Shown: positions 10,126-19,547 of the stretch, in pieces
How the letters are laid out: each line of letters opens with the position of its first letter
Position numbering within the stretch: the first letter of the stretch is position 1
From: Planctomycetota bacterium
GTDB taxonomy: Bacteria > Planctomycetota > UBA1135 > UBA2386
Reading direction: 5' to 3'
DNA: 64,000 nt
Assembly: GCA_046290465.1 (NCBI GenBank)
Contig: JBKAGP010000001.1
Location: 1 to 64,000, forward strand
Position numbers and translations under genes: made by a program
The notes under the pieces: generated by a model
The model's database searches: none
What the model was told of the DNA's origin: nothing
Seen by the model: the letters and a program-made list of their open reading frames with translations, nothing else

Positions 10126-12207
10126 TCAGCCGAGTTCGAACTGCCGCTTGGCGTCGACGACGTCGCGGTTGATCGCGACGATCGCCTCCTCGAGGCGCGC
10201 GCCGAGCTGTTCGTGCTTGCCGACCTGCTGCGCGACCTGGCGCATCATCTGGATCGCCATGCGCAGCGTGCGCACGACGTCGCCGGCGTGGCCGTTGGTG
10301 AGCCGTTCCAGGTCCTCGACGTCGCCGCCGCGGCTCCAGCAGTCGACCGCGGGCGCGATGCCCCAGTCGGGTTCCTTGATCGGGTTGGCGACACCCTGCT
10401 TCGACTCGACGTCACGGAAGCGCCGGACCGCCTGGGTCGCCTTGCGCATCAGCGGCCCGGTCTCACGACCCTGCTGGTGCGGGTCGGCGCGGCGCCGTTC
10501 TTCGTGGATCAGCGACGTGAACGTCGCCGAGAGCTGGTGGATGTCCATCTCGTCGAGCACACCGCTGAACAGCAGCTCCGCCGCCTGGATCTCGTAGCCG
10601 TTGATGCGCTGCGCGATCTTGCCGCGCGGCAGCAGGCCGCCGTCCTCGAGGTAGCCGGCCTGCCGCAGCACGTTGACGCGGCTGGCCAGCGCCGCGTGCG
10701 CCGCCGCGCGCTTCTTCTGCCGCGCCGAGGCCGAACCCTTCAGCGCCTGGAAGGCCGCGAACGAGCTGTCGTAGGCCTCCTGCAGCCCCTTGCTGCCGAG
10801 GCGGTCGTAGAGGTTGAGGATCGTCGAGTACGACAGGTTGAAGCGCGACGTGATCGCCTCGACCTTGCCCGAGTGGTAGCGCGCCAGCGGCGCCTCGAGC
10901 AGGTCCTCGTCCTCGAGGATCGAGATCACCAGCCCGGTCTTGTCGAGGCCCTGGCGACCGGCGCGGCCCGCCATCTGCAGGTAGTCGCGCGCCTTCATGT
11001 AGTTCATCTGCACGCCGTCGAACTTGCGCAGCAGGTCGAAGATCGCGGTGCGCGCCGGCATGTTGATGCCGAGGGCGAACGTCTCGGTCGTGAACAGCAG
11101 CTTCAGCAGGCCCGACGTGAACAGCCGTTCGACCACCTCCTTGTGGATCGGCAGCATGCCGGCGTGGTGGTAGCCGACGCCGACCAGCGCGCGGCCGAGG
11201 ATTGCCAGCAGCCCGGGGTCCTGTTCGGGGTCGAGTTCGAAGCGGTCGCAGATCTCGTAGAACAGGTCCTCGATCTCGCGCCGTTCGCGTCGGTCGAGCA
11301 GCCGGCGGCCCATGCTCTTCTCCGCCTTGATCTCGCACTCCTTGCGCGAGAAGCAGAAGTAGAGCGCCGGCAGCAGCTGGCGGTTCTGGATCTCGTCGAG
11401 CAGCATCACGTACGGCCGCGGGCCGAAGCGGTTGCGGCGGCCGCGGGCGCGCTCGCGCTTGTCGCCCCACTTGGAGCGCTGCCGTTCGCGCTTGCTGACC
11501 CGCTGGTCGCGATCGTGGTGCTGCTTCTCGCGCGCCACCGCGCGTTCGTGGAACGTGATCGCACGCGAGCGCTGCGCCAGCTGGAAGACGCCGGCGTCCT
11601 GGTGGAACAGCCGGTGCGACAGCGGCACCGGCCGCTTCTTGTGCTCGATGACCGTCAGGTCCTGGTGGCGGACCTCGCGGATCCACTCGCCGAACTCGTG
11701 CAGGTTCGCGATGGTCGCGCTGAGCCCGACGAAGCGCACGTGCTCGGGTGCGAAGATCAGGCTCTCCTCCCAGACCGTGCCGCGGTCGACGTCGTCGACG
11801 AAGTGCACCTCGTCGAAGATCGCGAAGTCGGTGTCCTGGAACCGCTCGGGATCCTCGAACACGGCGTTGCGGAAGATCTCGGTCGTCATGATGACGAGCG
11901 GCGCGTCCGGGTCGAGCGTCAGGTCGCCGGTCATCAGGCCGACGCGCAGGCCGTCGTTCTTGAAGTCGCGGAACTTCTGGTTGCTCAGGGCCTTGATCGG
12001 GCTGGTGTAGATGGCGCGCTTGCCCTGTTGCACCGCGTGCTCGATCGCATACTCGGCGACCAGCGTCTTGCCGGCGCCGGTCGGTGCGGCGAGCAGCACG
12101 TTGTGGCCGGCTTCGATCGCCTCCGCTGCTTCGACCTGGAACGGATTGAGCGTGTAGCCCTTGAACGTGATGGGCTCTTCGGGGCGGGTCGGCACGCGGC
12201 GCAGCAT
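10126..12207 (-). CDS. Ski2/HelY-like DEAD/DEAH-box RNA helicase
   Basis: APTGAGKT, PIKALSNQK, DEVH, LSAT, HHAGMLP, TETFALGINMPA, QMAGRAGR; DSHCT-like C-terminus. Confidence 0.93.
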   Translation of the reverse strand: MLRRVPTRPEEPITFKGYTLNPFQVEAAEAIEAGHNVLLAAPTGAGKTLVAEYAIEHAVQQGKRAIYTSPIKALSNQKFRDFKNDGLRVGLMTGDLTLDPDAPLVIMTTEIFRNAVFEDPERFQDTDFAIFDEVHFVDDVDRGTVWEESLIFAPEHVRFVGLSATIANLHEFGEWIREVRHQDLTVIEHKKRPVPLSHRLFHQDAGVFQLAQRSRAITFHERAVAREKQHHDRDQRVSKRERQRSKWGDKRERARGRRNRFGPRPYVMLLDEIQNRQLLPALYFCFSRKECEIKAEKSMGRRLLDRRERREIEDLFYEICDRFELDPEQDPGLLAILGRALVGVGYHHAGMLPIHKEVVERLFTSGLLKLLFTTETFALGINMPARTAIFDLLRKFDGVQMNYMKARDYLQMAGRAGRQGLDKTGLVISILEDEDLLEAPLARYHSGKVEAITSRFNLSYSTILNLYDRLGSKGLQEAYDSSFAAFQALKGSASARQKKRAAAHAALASRVNVLRQAGYLEDGGLLPRGKIAQRINGYEIQAAELLFSGVLDEMDIHQLSATFTSLIHEERRRADPHQQGRETGPLMRKATQAVRRFRDVESKQGVANPIKEPDWGIAPAVDCWSRGGDVEDLERLTNGHAGDVVRTLRMAIQMMRQVAQQVGKHEQLGARLEEAIVAINRDVVDAKRQFELG

Positions 12208-12511
12208 GGCACACGGGTGCCGCGGTTGGAATCGTGCAGGTCGTTCACTTTGGCCTGCCTGACCGTCACGACTTCACAGCCGTGTGCACGTTTGTCCACA
12301 GCGAGGAGGTCGATCTGCACGAAGCGCTCTCTTTTTTGCGAATGATCCCCTCGCTATGCTCGCGCTCGTTCCGCAGGTCAGCGGAGCATTTCGCAAGCGG
12401 CTGCGAGGGGCGACATCGTCGATTCGCGGCCGTTCCGGTCTACCAGCGGTGGGGGTCACCACCGCTCCTCCCTCAACCAGGCTGCCGCGTGGCAGCGCTT
12501 GGAGCCAAGCA

Positions 12512-12769
12512 ATGGAAAGCAAGTCCGAAGTCAACGTCGGCAAGTTCGTCGGCCGTCACCTCTCGCAGCTCAAGATCCTGACCCGCCTGCTCGACCACGA
12601 GCTCGAGGCCGCCAAGGGCGCGCGCGAGATCACCCTGGATCGCGACCTGGTCGAGAACGTCATCGACACGCTCGAGATCTTCACCGACGACTGCGAGGTC
12701 GCCAGCGGCGGCACGCGCGAGCGCGCCGGCAAGGGCGAGCAGAAGCCGGTCGTCGCCCGCCTGAACTGA
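12512..12769 (+). CDS. Small hypothetical protein (85 aa)
   Basis: GGAG RBS upstream of ATG 12512; strong GC3 codon bias. Confidence 0.7.
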   Translation: MESKSEVNVGKFVGRHLSQLKILTRLLDHELEAAKGAREITLDRDLVENVIDTLEIFTDDCEVASGGTRERAGKGEQKPVVARLN

Positions 12770-12834
12770 TCGCGCCGAGCTCGGTCCCCGAGTCGGTCCC
12801 CTAGGTCTGCTCCGGCGTCGCCGCCGGAGTCTGC

Positions 12835-13797
12835 GTGATGAGTTCGAACCCGTCCATGTGGGCGGTCCGCGTGTTCGTGCTGGGCGCGTTCGCCGCGACC
12901 GTCTGGTTCTGTGGGCCGCGCGCCGCGAAGGTGCTCGCTGCCAAGTTCGGCAACGGCGCCCAGCCGGGGCCCAAGGTGGCCCTCGACCGGGTCGGGTTCG
13001 TCGAGCGCCCTGATTGGATGAGCGACGAGATGCTCGTCTCGGTCTCCGAGACGCTCTCGCCGTGGCTGTCCGACGAGGTCGGCATCCTCGACGAAGCGAC
13101 CGCGATGCGGTTGCGCGACGGGTTGCAGTCGACCCCGTGGGTTCGCGAGGTGCGCGTCGAGCGCGCCTTCCCGGACCGCTTCCGCCTGCACCTCGAGCTG
13201 CGCCGGCCGCGGCTCGCGGTGCATGCCGGCGACGACCGGCCGCTGTGCCTGGTCGACGACGCCGGCTACATGCTGCCGTGGATGCAGACGCGCCTGCCGC
13301 TGCTGCGCCTCTACCGCGAGGGCGGCATCCCGACGATGGAGGTCCGCTACGGCGAACGCGCGCGCGAGCCGCGGGTGCGCGCCGGGGCGATGGTCGCTGC
13401 CGAGTGGCGCGACGAGATCGCGCCGCAGGTGCGCGACTGCCCGACGTTGCTCGAGATCGACGCGACCAACCTCGGCGAGCGGTGGCTGCGCGGCGTCCAG
13501 TATCCCGAGGTGCGCGTCGTGCTCGCGCGCGGCGACGGCGAGCCGGTCAGCTTCCTGTTCGGTCGGCCGCCCGAAAGCAACCTGCCGCGCGTGCCGGCGA
13601 GCACCAAGGCGACGGTCTTGAGCAAGGTGCTGGCCAGCCATCCCGGCCTCGAGGGCCTGACCGCCGGCGACCTGCGCCTCTCGCGGCGCTGGGCCGACTA
13701 CCTGCAGCCGCGCGCCTCGAACCTCCCCGATCCGATCCAGCACTGGCGCGACCTCGACGAGCAGTTCCCCGAGCCGCGCACCACCCGCGGCCGCTGA
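12835..13797 (+). CDS. FtsQ/DivIB-like POTRA-domain membrane protein
   Basis: Single N-terminal TM helix; LQSTPWVREVRVERAFPDRFRLHLELRRP followed by LVDDAGYML resembles the FtsQ POTRA/beta junction. Confidence 0.65.
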   Translation: MMSSNPSMWAVRVFVLGAFAATVWFCGPRAAKVLAAKFGNGAQPGPKVALDRVGFVERPDWMSDEMLVSVSETLSPWLSDEVGILDEATAMRLRDGLQSTPWVREVRVERAFPDRFRLHLELRRPRLAVHAGDDRPLCLVDDAGYMLPWMQTRLPLLRLYREGGIPTMEVRYGERAREPRVRAGAMVAAEWRDEIAPQVRDCPTLLEIDATNLGERWLRGVQYPEVRVVLARGDGEPVSFLFGRPPESNLPRVPASTKATVLSKVLASHPGLEGLTAGDLRLSRRWADYLQPRASNLPDPIQHWRDLDEQFPEPRTTRGR

Positions 13798-13805
13798 CCA
13801 ACCAC

Positions 13806-13875
13806 CGCATACCGAACCCGGTTCGGTATGCGCCCCCAAACGCCGCATACCGAACCCGGTTCATCCTGCGCCACT
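13806..13875. repeat. REP-like palindromic element (27-nt palindrome plus one copy of the 34-nt family motif)
   Basis: cgcataccgaacc-c-ggttcggtatgcg; 13835-13875 matches 31513-31553 with 1 mismatch. Confidence 0.85.
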
Positions 13876-14374
13876 AGGAGCGCGTCCATGTAGTGGACGC
13901 GCTGCCAACCGTGATCGCGGAAGCAGCGTGTACGCGTGCGGACGGGGCTTTGCCCGCTAGGAGCGCGTCCATGTAGTGGACGCGCTGCCAACCGTGATCG
14001 CGGAAGCGGCGTGTACGCGTGCGGACGGGGCTTTGCCCGCTAGGAGCGCGTCCATGGCGTGGACGCGCTGCCAACCGTGATCGCGGAAGCGGCGTGTACG
14101 CGTGCGGACGGGGCTTTGCCCGCTAGGAGCGCGTCCATGTAGTGGACGCGCTGCCAACCGTGATCGCGGAAGCGGCGTGTACGCGTGCGGACGGGGCTTT
14201 GCCCGCTAGGAGCGCGTCCATGTAGTGGACGCGCTGCCAACCGTGATCGCGGAAGCGGCGTGTACGCGTGCGGACGGGGCTTTGCCCGCTGGCGCGCGTC
14301 CATGTAGTGGACGCGCTGCCAACCGTGATCGCGGAAGCAGCGTGTACGCGTGCGGACGGGGCCTTGCCCGCTAG
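13874..14374. repeat. Tandem array of 6 x 83-bp palindromic units
   Basis: Units start at 13874, 13957, 14040, 14123, 14206 and 14289 (last one 82 bp); each has the hairpin agcgcgtcca-tgtag-tggacgcgct; CTAG at the junctions. Confidence 0.97.
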
Positions 14375-15780
14375 CTGGCGGCGTCGAGCACGGCGCGAAC
14401 GAACGTGGTCAACGGGAAGCCGCCGGCCTTGGTGCAGCCGAGCCGCACGATCACCAGTTGCTGGCTCGGTGCGACGATCACGTATTGGCCTTCGTGGCCG
14501 TCCATGTGGAACAGGTCTTCCGGCAGGTTGCGCCAGCGGCGCTGCTTCGGGCCATCGCCGTCGGGGTCGCGGTTGAGCCACAGCTGCCAGCCGAAGCGGC
14601 CGTCGCTCGCCGGTGAGGCCGCCAGCGACGTCGACCGCCGCACCCAGCCCGCCGGCAGCACGCGCGTGCCGTCGACGATGCCGTCCTGCAGGTAGAGCAG
14701 TCCGAACCGGGCCCAGTCGCGCGCCGACGCATAGCAGTACGAACTGCCGACGAACGTGCCCGAAGGGTCGGTCTCGAGCACCGCGGTGCGCATGCCGACC
14801 CGCTGGAAGAAGCGGCTCGGCATCTGCCAGTATCGCAGCGTGCTGTCGTAGGCCGCGCGCAGCTCGCGGCACAGCAGGTTGCTCGCGCCGCTCGCGTACT
14901 GGTAGCGCGCACCCGGCGCGGCCGTCGACGGCCGCCGTGCGTAGACCTCGGCGTGGTCGCGCGAGGCCAGCAGCATGCGCAGCGCGTCGGAGTGCGGGTC
15001 GGCGTAGTCCTCGTTCCAGTCGAGCCCGGCGCTCATCGCCAGCAGGTGGTGGTGGCGGATCCCGGCGCGCGGATCGCCCTCCTCGCGCCAGCCGGACACC
15101 GCCGGCCGGCCGTCGACGTCGAAGCTGCCGGCGCCGACGTGCAGGCCGACCAGCGCATTGGTCAACGTCTTGCTCATCGACCAGCCGGGTAGTGGCATCT
15201 GCGCGTCGAAGCCATCGGCATAGCGCTCGGCGACCAGCCGACCCCGGTGCACGACGACGACCGCGCGCGTGAACACCGGCTTCTTCGGGTTCGGCTCGGC
15301 GAACGCCAGATCCAGAGCCTGCTGCAGGGCCGCGTGGTCGATGCCGGTCTCGGCTGCGGCCGCGACCGCCTGCCCGCGCGGCCACGGCAGCTCGGGCGAG
15401 GCCTTCGCCAGATCGAACGCGGGCAGCGGCTTGCTGTAGCGCGTCCGGTTGCCGTCGACCCTGCCCTGCACCAGCGAGCAACCGAGCCCGGGGTGGTAGA
15501 CGGCGGTCGCGCGCATCATCCCGAGGCGGCAGGTCACGCTGCGGCGCCGTCGGTCGACGTCGAAGCGCAGCAGCGGTCGGATCATCGCGTCGAGCGGCCG
15601 CGACGGCGCGAACTCCTGCTCGAGCACCGACTCGAGCGTGCGCCCGCTGACGAAGATCGCCGACGCGGTGACCTTGGCCGCATACGCGGCGGCGGCCTGC
15701 GCCATCTCCTTGCTGGGGACCTGCGCCGGCGCGGCCGCGGCGAGGGACAGGACGGCCGCTGCGGCCCACGTGCTTCGCAT
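14371..15780 (-). CDS. Secreted serine hydrolase, beta-lactamase (AmpC/esterase) family
   Basis: Signal peptide MRSTWAAAAVLSLAAAAPA; SMSK (SxxK), YASG, LLAMSAGL, ARDWARFG, GHEGQ. Confidence 0.9.
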   Translation of the reverse strand: MRSTWAAAAVLSLAAAAPAQVPSKEMAQAAAAYAAKVTASAIFVSGRTLESVLEQEFAPSRPLDAMIRPLLRFDVDRRRRSVTCRLGMMRATAVYHPGLGCSLVQGRVDGNRTRYSKPLPAFDLAKASPELPWPRGQAVAAAAETGIDHAALQQALDLAFAEPNPKKPVFTRAVVVVHRGRLVAERYADGFDAQMPLPGWSMSKTLTNALVGLHVGAGSFDVDGRPAVSGWREEGDPRAGIRHHHLLAMSAGLDWNEDYADPHSDALRMLLASRDHAEVYARRPSTAAPGARYQYASGASNLLCRELRAAYDSTLRYWQMPSRFFQRVGMRTAVLETDPSGTFVGSSYCYASARDWARFGLLYLQDGIVDGTRVLPAGWVRRSTSLAASPASDGRFGWQLWLNRDPDGDGPKQRRWRNLPEDLFHMDGHEGQYVIVAPSQQLVIVRLGCTKAGGFPLTTFVRAVLDAAS

Positions 15781-15823
15781 CCCGGGATGGTAGCGTCGCC
15801 GCGCCGCGATACCGTGCTCGTCC

Positions 15824-16297
15824 ATGCGCTGGCCGCTCCTTGCCCTGCTCTTGCTCGGATGCTCATCGCCGCAGCCGACGTTCCCGATCCGCGTGGTCGG
15901 CGACGGCGAACGCGGCGTTGTGCGTTCGCACGAAGAACTGTGGCCGGCGCACGTGCCGGCGAAGCCGCGACGCATCGTCGACCGCAGCGAGTGGCGCGCG
16001 ATCTGCCAGCACTTCGGCGGCGCGCTGCAGGGGCGCGAGGAGCCGGGCCTCGACTGGTACGACGAATACCTGGTGGTGGTGCCGATCGCGCTCGGCGTCA
16101 AGCCCTGCGGCTTGGTGGTCAGCAGCGAGGAAGGGGTCGACGTGGTGACGATCGACGTCGCCCATCGGCCGGGGCCGGAGCCGGTCGCGTGCATCAGCCT
16201 GCTTCGCCTGCAGCACCGCGAGCACCAACTCGCGGTGGTAGTGCGGAATGAGCAGCTCGGCGAGGAACGCACGGTGGCGGTGTTCGATCCGTATTGA
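15824..16297 (+). CDS. Small hypothetical lipoprotein (possibly PrcB C-terminal-like)
   Basis: Lipobox LLLGC; SEWRAIC...PGLDWYDEYLVVV pattern. Confidence 0.55.
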   Translation: MRWPLLALLLLGCSSPQPTFPIRVVGDGERGVVRSHEELWPAHVPAKPRRIVDRSEWRAICQHFGGALQGREEPGLDWYDEYLVVVPIALGVKPCGLVVSSEEGVDVVTIDVAHRPGPEPVACISLLRLQHREHQLAVVVRNEQLGEERTVAVFDPY

Positions 16298-16339
16298 CGC
16301 GGCGTTGAGTCGCCGGCGCCGAACGGTCGATGACATGGC

Positions 16340-17620
16340 GTGCGCCCAGCAGAACGTGCCGTCCTGATCAGCATCGTCGTCGTCGTCGCGGCGGCGCTGC
16401 GCATCGCCTTCGTCAGCACGGCCGACGTGCAGGCGCCGCTGCGCGTCGACGCCGGCCAGTACGCGCAGTACGCGCAGAACCTGGTCGATCGCGGGGTCTA
16501 CTCGCTGTCGGAGCAGGTGGAGCCGCTGCCCGACTCGTTCCGTTCGCCGGGCTACCCGCTGTTCCTGGCTATGTGCCGGCTGTTCGGGGGCGAGCACGGT
16601 TGGTATGCGCTGGCGCGCTGGCTGCAGGTCCTGCTGTCGACGGTGACCGTGCTGGTCGCCTACCGGCTGGCGCGGCAGGTCGCCGGCTTCTGGCCGTCGT
16701 GTGCGGCGGCGGCGCTGGTGGCGCTCAGTCCACACCTGGTGGTGTCACCGGCGTTCGTGCTGACCGAGTGCCTGGCGGCGTTCGTCGTGACCACGGCGCT
16801 GTGGCTGCTCGCCTCGGCGAAGTCCGTCCGTACCGCCCTGCTCGGGGCCGCCGTGCTCGGCTTCGCGCCACTCTGCAACGAGACGCTGGTGTTCCTGCCG
16901 CTGGTCGTGACCGTGGCGCTGTGGCGACGCGACCGACGCCGCGCCGTGATGGTGCTGGCGGTGGCGCTGTTGCCGCTGTTGGCGTGGAATGTGCGCAACC
17001 AGACCACCGAGCTGGCACGCAAGGGCAGCGAACGTGCGACCGCGTCGATCAGCCACGGCAGCTACCCGGGCATGGTGTTCGAGGACCCGCGCTACTTCGG
17101 GTTCCCGTATCGCGAAGATCCGGCGCAGCCCGAGTTCGGTCGTTCGTGGTCGAGCCTGTTCGAAGTGCTTGGGCCGCGGGTGGCCGACGAGCCCTGGACC
17201 TATGCGCGATGGTACCTGCTCGACAAGCCGATCTGGCTGTGGAGCTGGCCGCTGGTTCAGGGCAACGACGTCAACGTCTATCCGGTCGGCAACTCACCGT
17301 ACGAACGCCAGCCGGTGATGGCGGCGACGCACACCGCGATGCGGTGGCTGCACGGGCCGGTGATGCTGCTGGCGGCGGCCGGGGCCCTGCTGGCGCTGCT
17401 GCGCGCCCGCCGCGGCGGCGATGGCGACGCGCACTGGGTTCGGTTCGCGCTCGGGGCGACGGCGCTGCTCGGCACGCTGGCCTACCTGCCGGTGATCCCC
17501 GACCCGCGCTACCTGCAGCCGTTCCGCCCGGTCCTGTTCGTGCTCGCCGGCGCTGCCTTGCCGATGGTGTTCGCTCGGCTGCGCCACCGCCGGCCCGAAC
17601 CCGCCGCCAGCCCCGCCTGA
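16340..17620 (+). CDS. GT-C fold membrane glycosyltransferase (ArnT/GT39-like)
   Basis: DAGQY...AQNL, FRSPGYPLFLA, VLTECL, PRYLQP; many TM helices. Confidence 0.8.
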   Translation: MRPAERAVLISIVVVVAAALRIAFVSTADVQAPLRVDAGQYAQYAQNLVDRGVYSLSEQVEPLPDSFRSPGYPLFLAMCRLFGGEHGWYALARWLQVLLSTVTVLVAYRLARQVAGFWPSCAAAALVALSPHLVVSPAFVLTECLAAFVVTTALWLLASAKSVRTALLGAAVLGFAPLCNETLVFLPLVVTVALWRRDRRRAVMVLAVALLPLLAWNVRNQTTELARKGSERATASISHGSYPGMVFEDPRYFGFPYREDPAQPEFGRSWSSLFEVLGPRVADEPWTYARWYLLDKPIWLWSWPLVQGNDVNVYPVGNSPYERQPVMAATHTAMRWLHGPVMLLAAAGALLALLRARRGGDGDAHWVRFALGATALLGTLAYLPVIPDPRYLQPFRPVLFVLAGAALPMVFARLRHRRPEPAASPA

Positions 17621-17648
17621 GAGCCCCCGAACGGTCGCCCGGTTCCAG

Positions 17649-17741
17649 AGTTGCGGTACGGTACGCGGTTCAACCTCCAACTTTCGCGGCGGCGCTGCCG
17701 CCGCGAAAGTTGGAGGATGAACCGCGTACCGTACCGCAACT
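17649..17741. repeat. Long inverted repeat (45-bp arms, 3-nt loop), REPIN-like
   Basis: 17649-17693 pairs with 17697-17741 with one mismatch; lies between convergent genes. Confidence 0.95.
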
Positions 17742-17742
17742 T

Positions 17743-18420
17743 CTAGCGGCAAAGGCGGTGGAGTTGGGCGAACGGGGTGGGGTCGTCTTCGGCGGGCCAG
17801 TCGAGGGTGGCGATGCCGTTGCCGTTCGCGTTCTGCGGCAGGGCGAGTACCGCGACGACGGCGCGCACACAGGCGTCGCGGCCGGCCGCGGGTTCGCGCA
17901 GCGCGTCGGCGACGCCGGCGACGACGAACGGGACGTCCTCTGCGGCCAGCATGCGCAACGCCTCGCGCAGGCTCTCGCCGGGCGCGCTCTCGAGCACCGA
18001 CATGCTGATCGTCGGGCCGCGCAGCTTGTAGCGCAGCGCGACCTCGCCGAGGCTCGTGCTGGTCAGCGAATACGGGAAGATGCCGGCGTGCACGACCTCG
18101 TCCTCCAGCGACAGCTGGAAGTCGACGTCGGTCGTCAGCGAGCCGACGTCGGTCTCGACGCAGATCGCGGCCTCGTTGCGCTGCGGCTCGGTCAGCACCT
18201 GGTCGAGTCCAGCCGCTTCGCACGCCAGCACCAGGGCGCGCGCCGGCAGGTCGATGCGGCGGAACGTCGCGTCGGACTTGCCGAACACGGCCTTCAGCGT
18301 GCGGCCGGTGCCGGGCGGGGCGGTCTCGAGCTCCTGCCAGGTGGCGGTGACGCCGCGCGTGCCGGAGATGCCGTGCTCGTCGACGACGCCGCAGGCCAGG
18401 ACGGTGGCGGTGAGGCTCAT
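17743..18420 (-). CDS. Short ketosynthase-like / chain-length-factor protein
   Basis: FRRIDLPAR, GSLTTD, IFPYSLTSTSLGEVALRYKLRGP (KS N-terminal fold, no catalytic Cys); coupled to the upstream KS. Confidence 0.8.
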   Translation of the reverse strand: MSLTATVLACGVVDEHGISGTRGVTATWQELETAPPGTGRTLKAVFGKSDATFRRIDLPARALVLACEAAGLDQVLTEPQRNEAAICVETDVGSLTTDVDFQLSLEDEVVHAGIFPYSLTSTSLGEVALRYKLRGPTISMSVLESAPGESLREALRMLAAEDVPFVVAGVADALREPAAGRDACVRAVVAVLALPQNANGNGIATLDWPAEDDPTPFAQLHRLCR

Positions 18421-19547
18421 GCCGAGAACACCGCTGCGCCCTGGACGCCTCCGAAGCCGCTGGCGACCTTCAGGGCGGTGTTGGCGCGCGCCAGGCGACG
18501 CGGCCGTTCGCACACGTCGAGCCGCGGGTCGCAGTCGCTCTCGCGCAGACCGTGGTTGCCCGGCACTTCCGAACGTTCGAGCGCGGCGATCGCGAGCAAA
18601 GACTCGAGCACGCCGGCGGCGCCGAGCGTGTGCCCGGTCTGGCCCTTGCTGCCGAACGCCGGCGGCGTGCGGTCGGCGACGTCGGCCCAGGCGTTGGCGA
18701 GGCCGATCGCCTCGCTCTTGTCGTTGGCGCGCGTGCCGGTGGCGTGCAGGTGCAGCAGGTCGACGTCGTCCAGGCGCAGGCCGGCGTGCGCGACGGCGCG
18801 GCGCGCGGCGAGCCCGACGCCCAGGCCCTCGTAGTCGGGACCGGTCACGTGGCAGGCGTCGTTGGCGCCGCTGTAGCCGCGCACGCGCACGCCGACCGAC
18901 TCGGCTTCGGCGGCCGTCAGCACGATCGCGCCGGCGCCGTCGCCGAGCGACACGCCGCGGCGCTCGCGGTCGAACGGTCGGCAGGCCGCCGGGTCGAGGG
19001 CGCCCATGCCGCCGAAGCCGCGCAGGATGAACTCGTTGACCGCGTCGGCCGCGACCACCAGCAGGCGGTCGCACTCGCCGCTGGCGATGCGTCGCGCGGC
19101 CGAGGCGATGCCGATCACGCCCGATGCGCACGCGCACGACAGCGCCGTCGGCTGCAGGCCGAACCCGAACGCCTCGCTGACCATCACGCCGAGCCGGATC
19201 GGCGAGCCGAGGCCGGCGCCGCGGCCGCAGATGCCGGACATGTCGCCCTTGGTGGTGGCGAGCACGACGCCCATGCTCCGCACGTCGGGCCGGCCGGCCT
19301 CGTCGAGCGCCTCCTCGGCGGCCAGCATCGCCGCCCGCAGCGGCAGGTCGCGTTCGGGCAGTTCGAGCTCGTCGAGCGTGCCCGCCGGGAACTCGCCGCA
19401 GACCGTCGTCTCGGCGCGGAACGGCGCTGTGCGACGACGTTCGCGCAGCGCGGTCTCCCCGGCGAACACCGCGTCGCACAGCGCCGCGACGCCCCGGCCG
19501 AAGCCGGTGACCGCGCCGCGGCCGGCGACGAACACCGGTCGCCTCAC
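18417..19547 (-). CDS. Beta-ketoacyl-ACP synthase (KS-B)
   Basis: SCACASG (Cys), CRPFDRERRG, HLHATGT, GHTLGAAG, SGFGG; GTG start overlaps the upstream stop. Confidence 0.92.
   Translation of the reverse strand: MRRPVFVAGRGAVTGFGRGVAALCDAVFAGETALRERRRTAPFRAETTVCGEFPAGTLDELELPERDLPLRAAMLAAEEALDEAGRPDVRSMGVVLATTKGDMSGICGRGAGLGSPIRLGVMVSEAFGFGLQPTALSCACASGVIGIASAARRIASGECDRLLVVAADAVNEFILRGFGGMGALDPAACRPFDRERRGVSLGDGAGAIVLTAAEAESVGVRVRGYSGANDACHVTGPDYEGLGVGLAARRAVAHAGLRLDDVDLLHLHATGTRANDKSEAIGLANAWADVADRTPPAFGSKGQTGHTLGAAGVLESLLAIAALERSEVPGNHGLRESDCDPRLDVCERPRRLARANTALKVASGFGGVQGAAVFSA

Noticed and set aside
13874..14303. Repeated 66-87 aa ORFs on the minus strand
   Set aside because: By-products of the 83-bp repeat; no RBS or coding bias
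13874..14374. CRISPR array
   Set aside because: Sequences between the hairpins are essentially identical (no unique spacers) and there are no cas genes in the window
14371..15780. Antibiotic-resistance beta-lactamase
   Set aside because: Has YxS and no KTG triad; fits the broad esterase/amidase branch of the family
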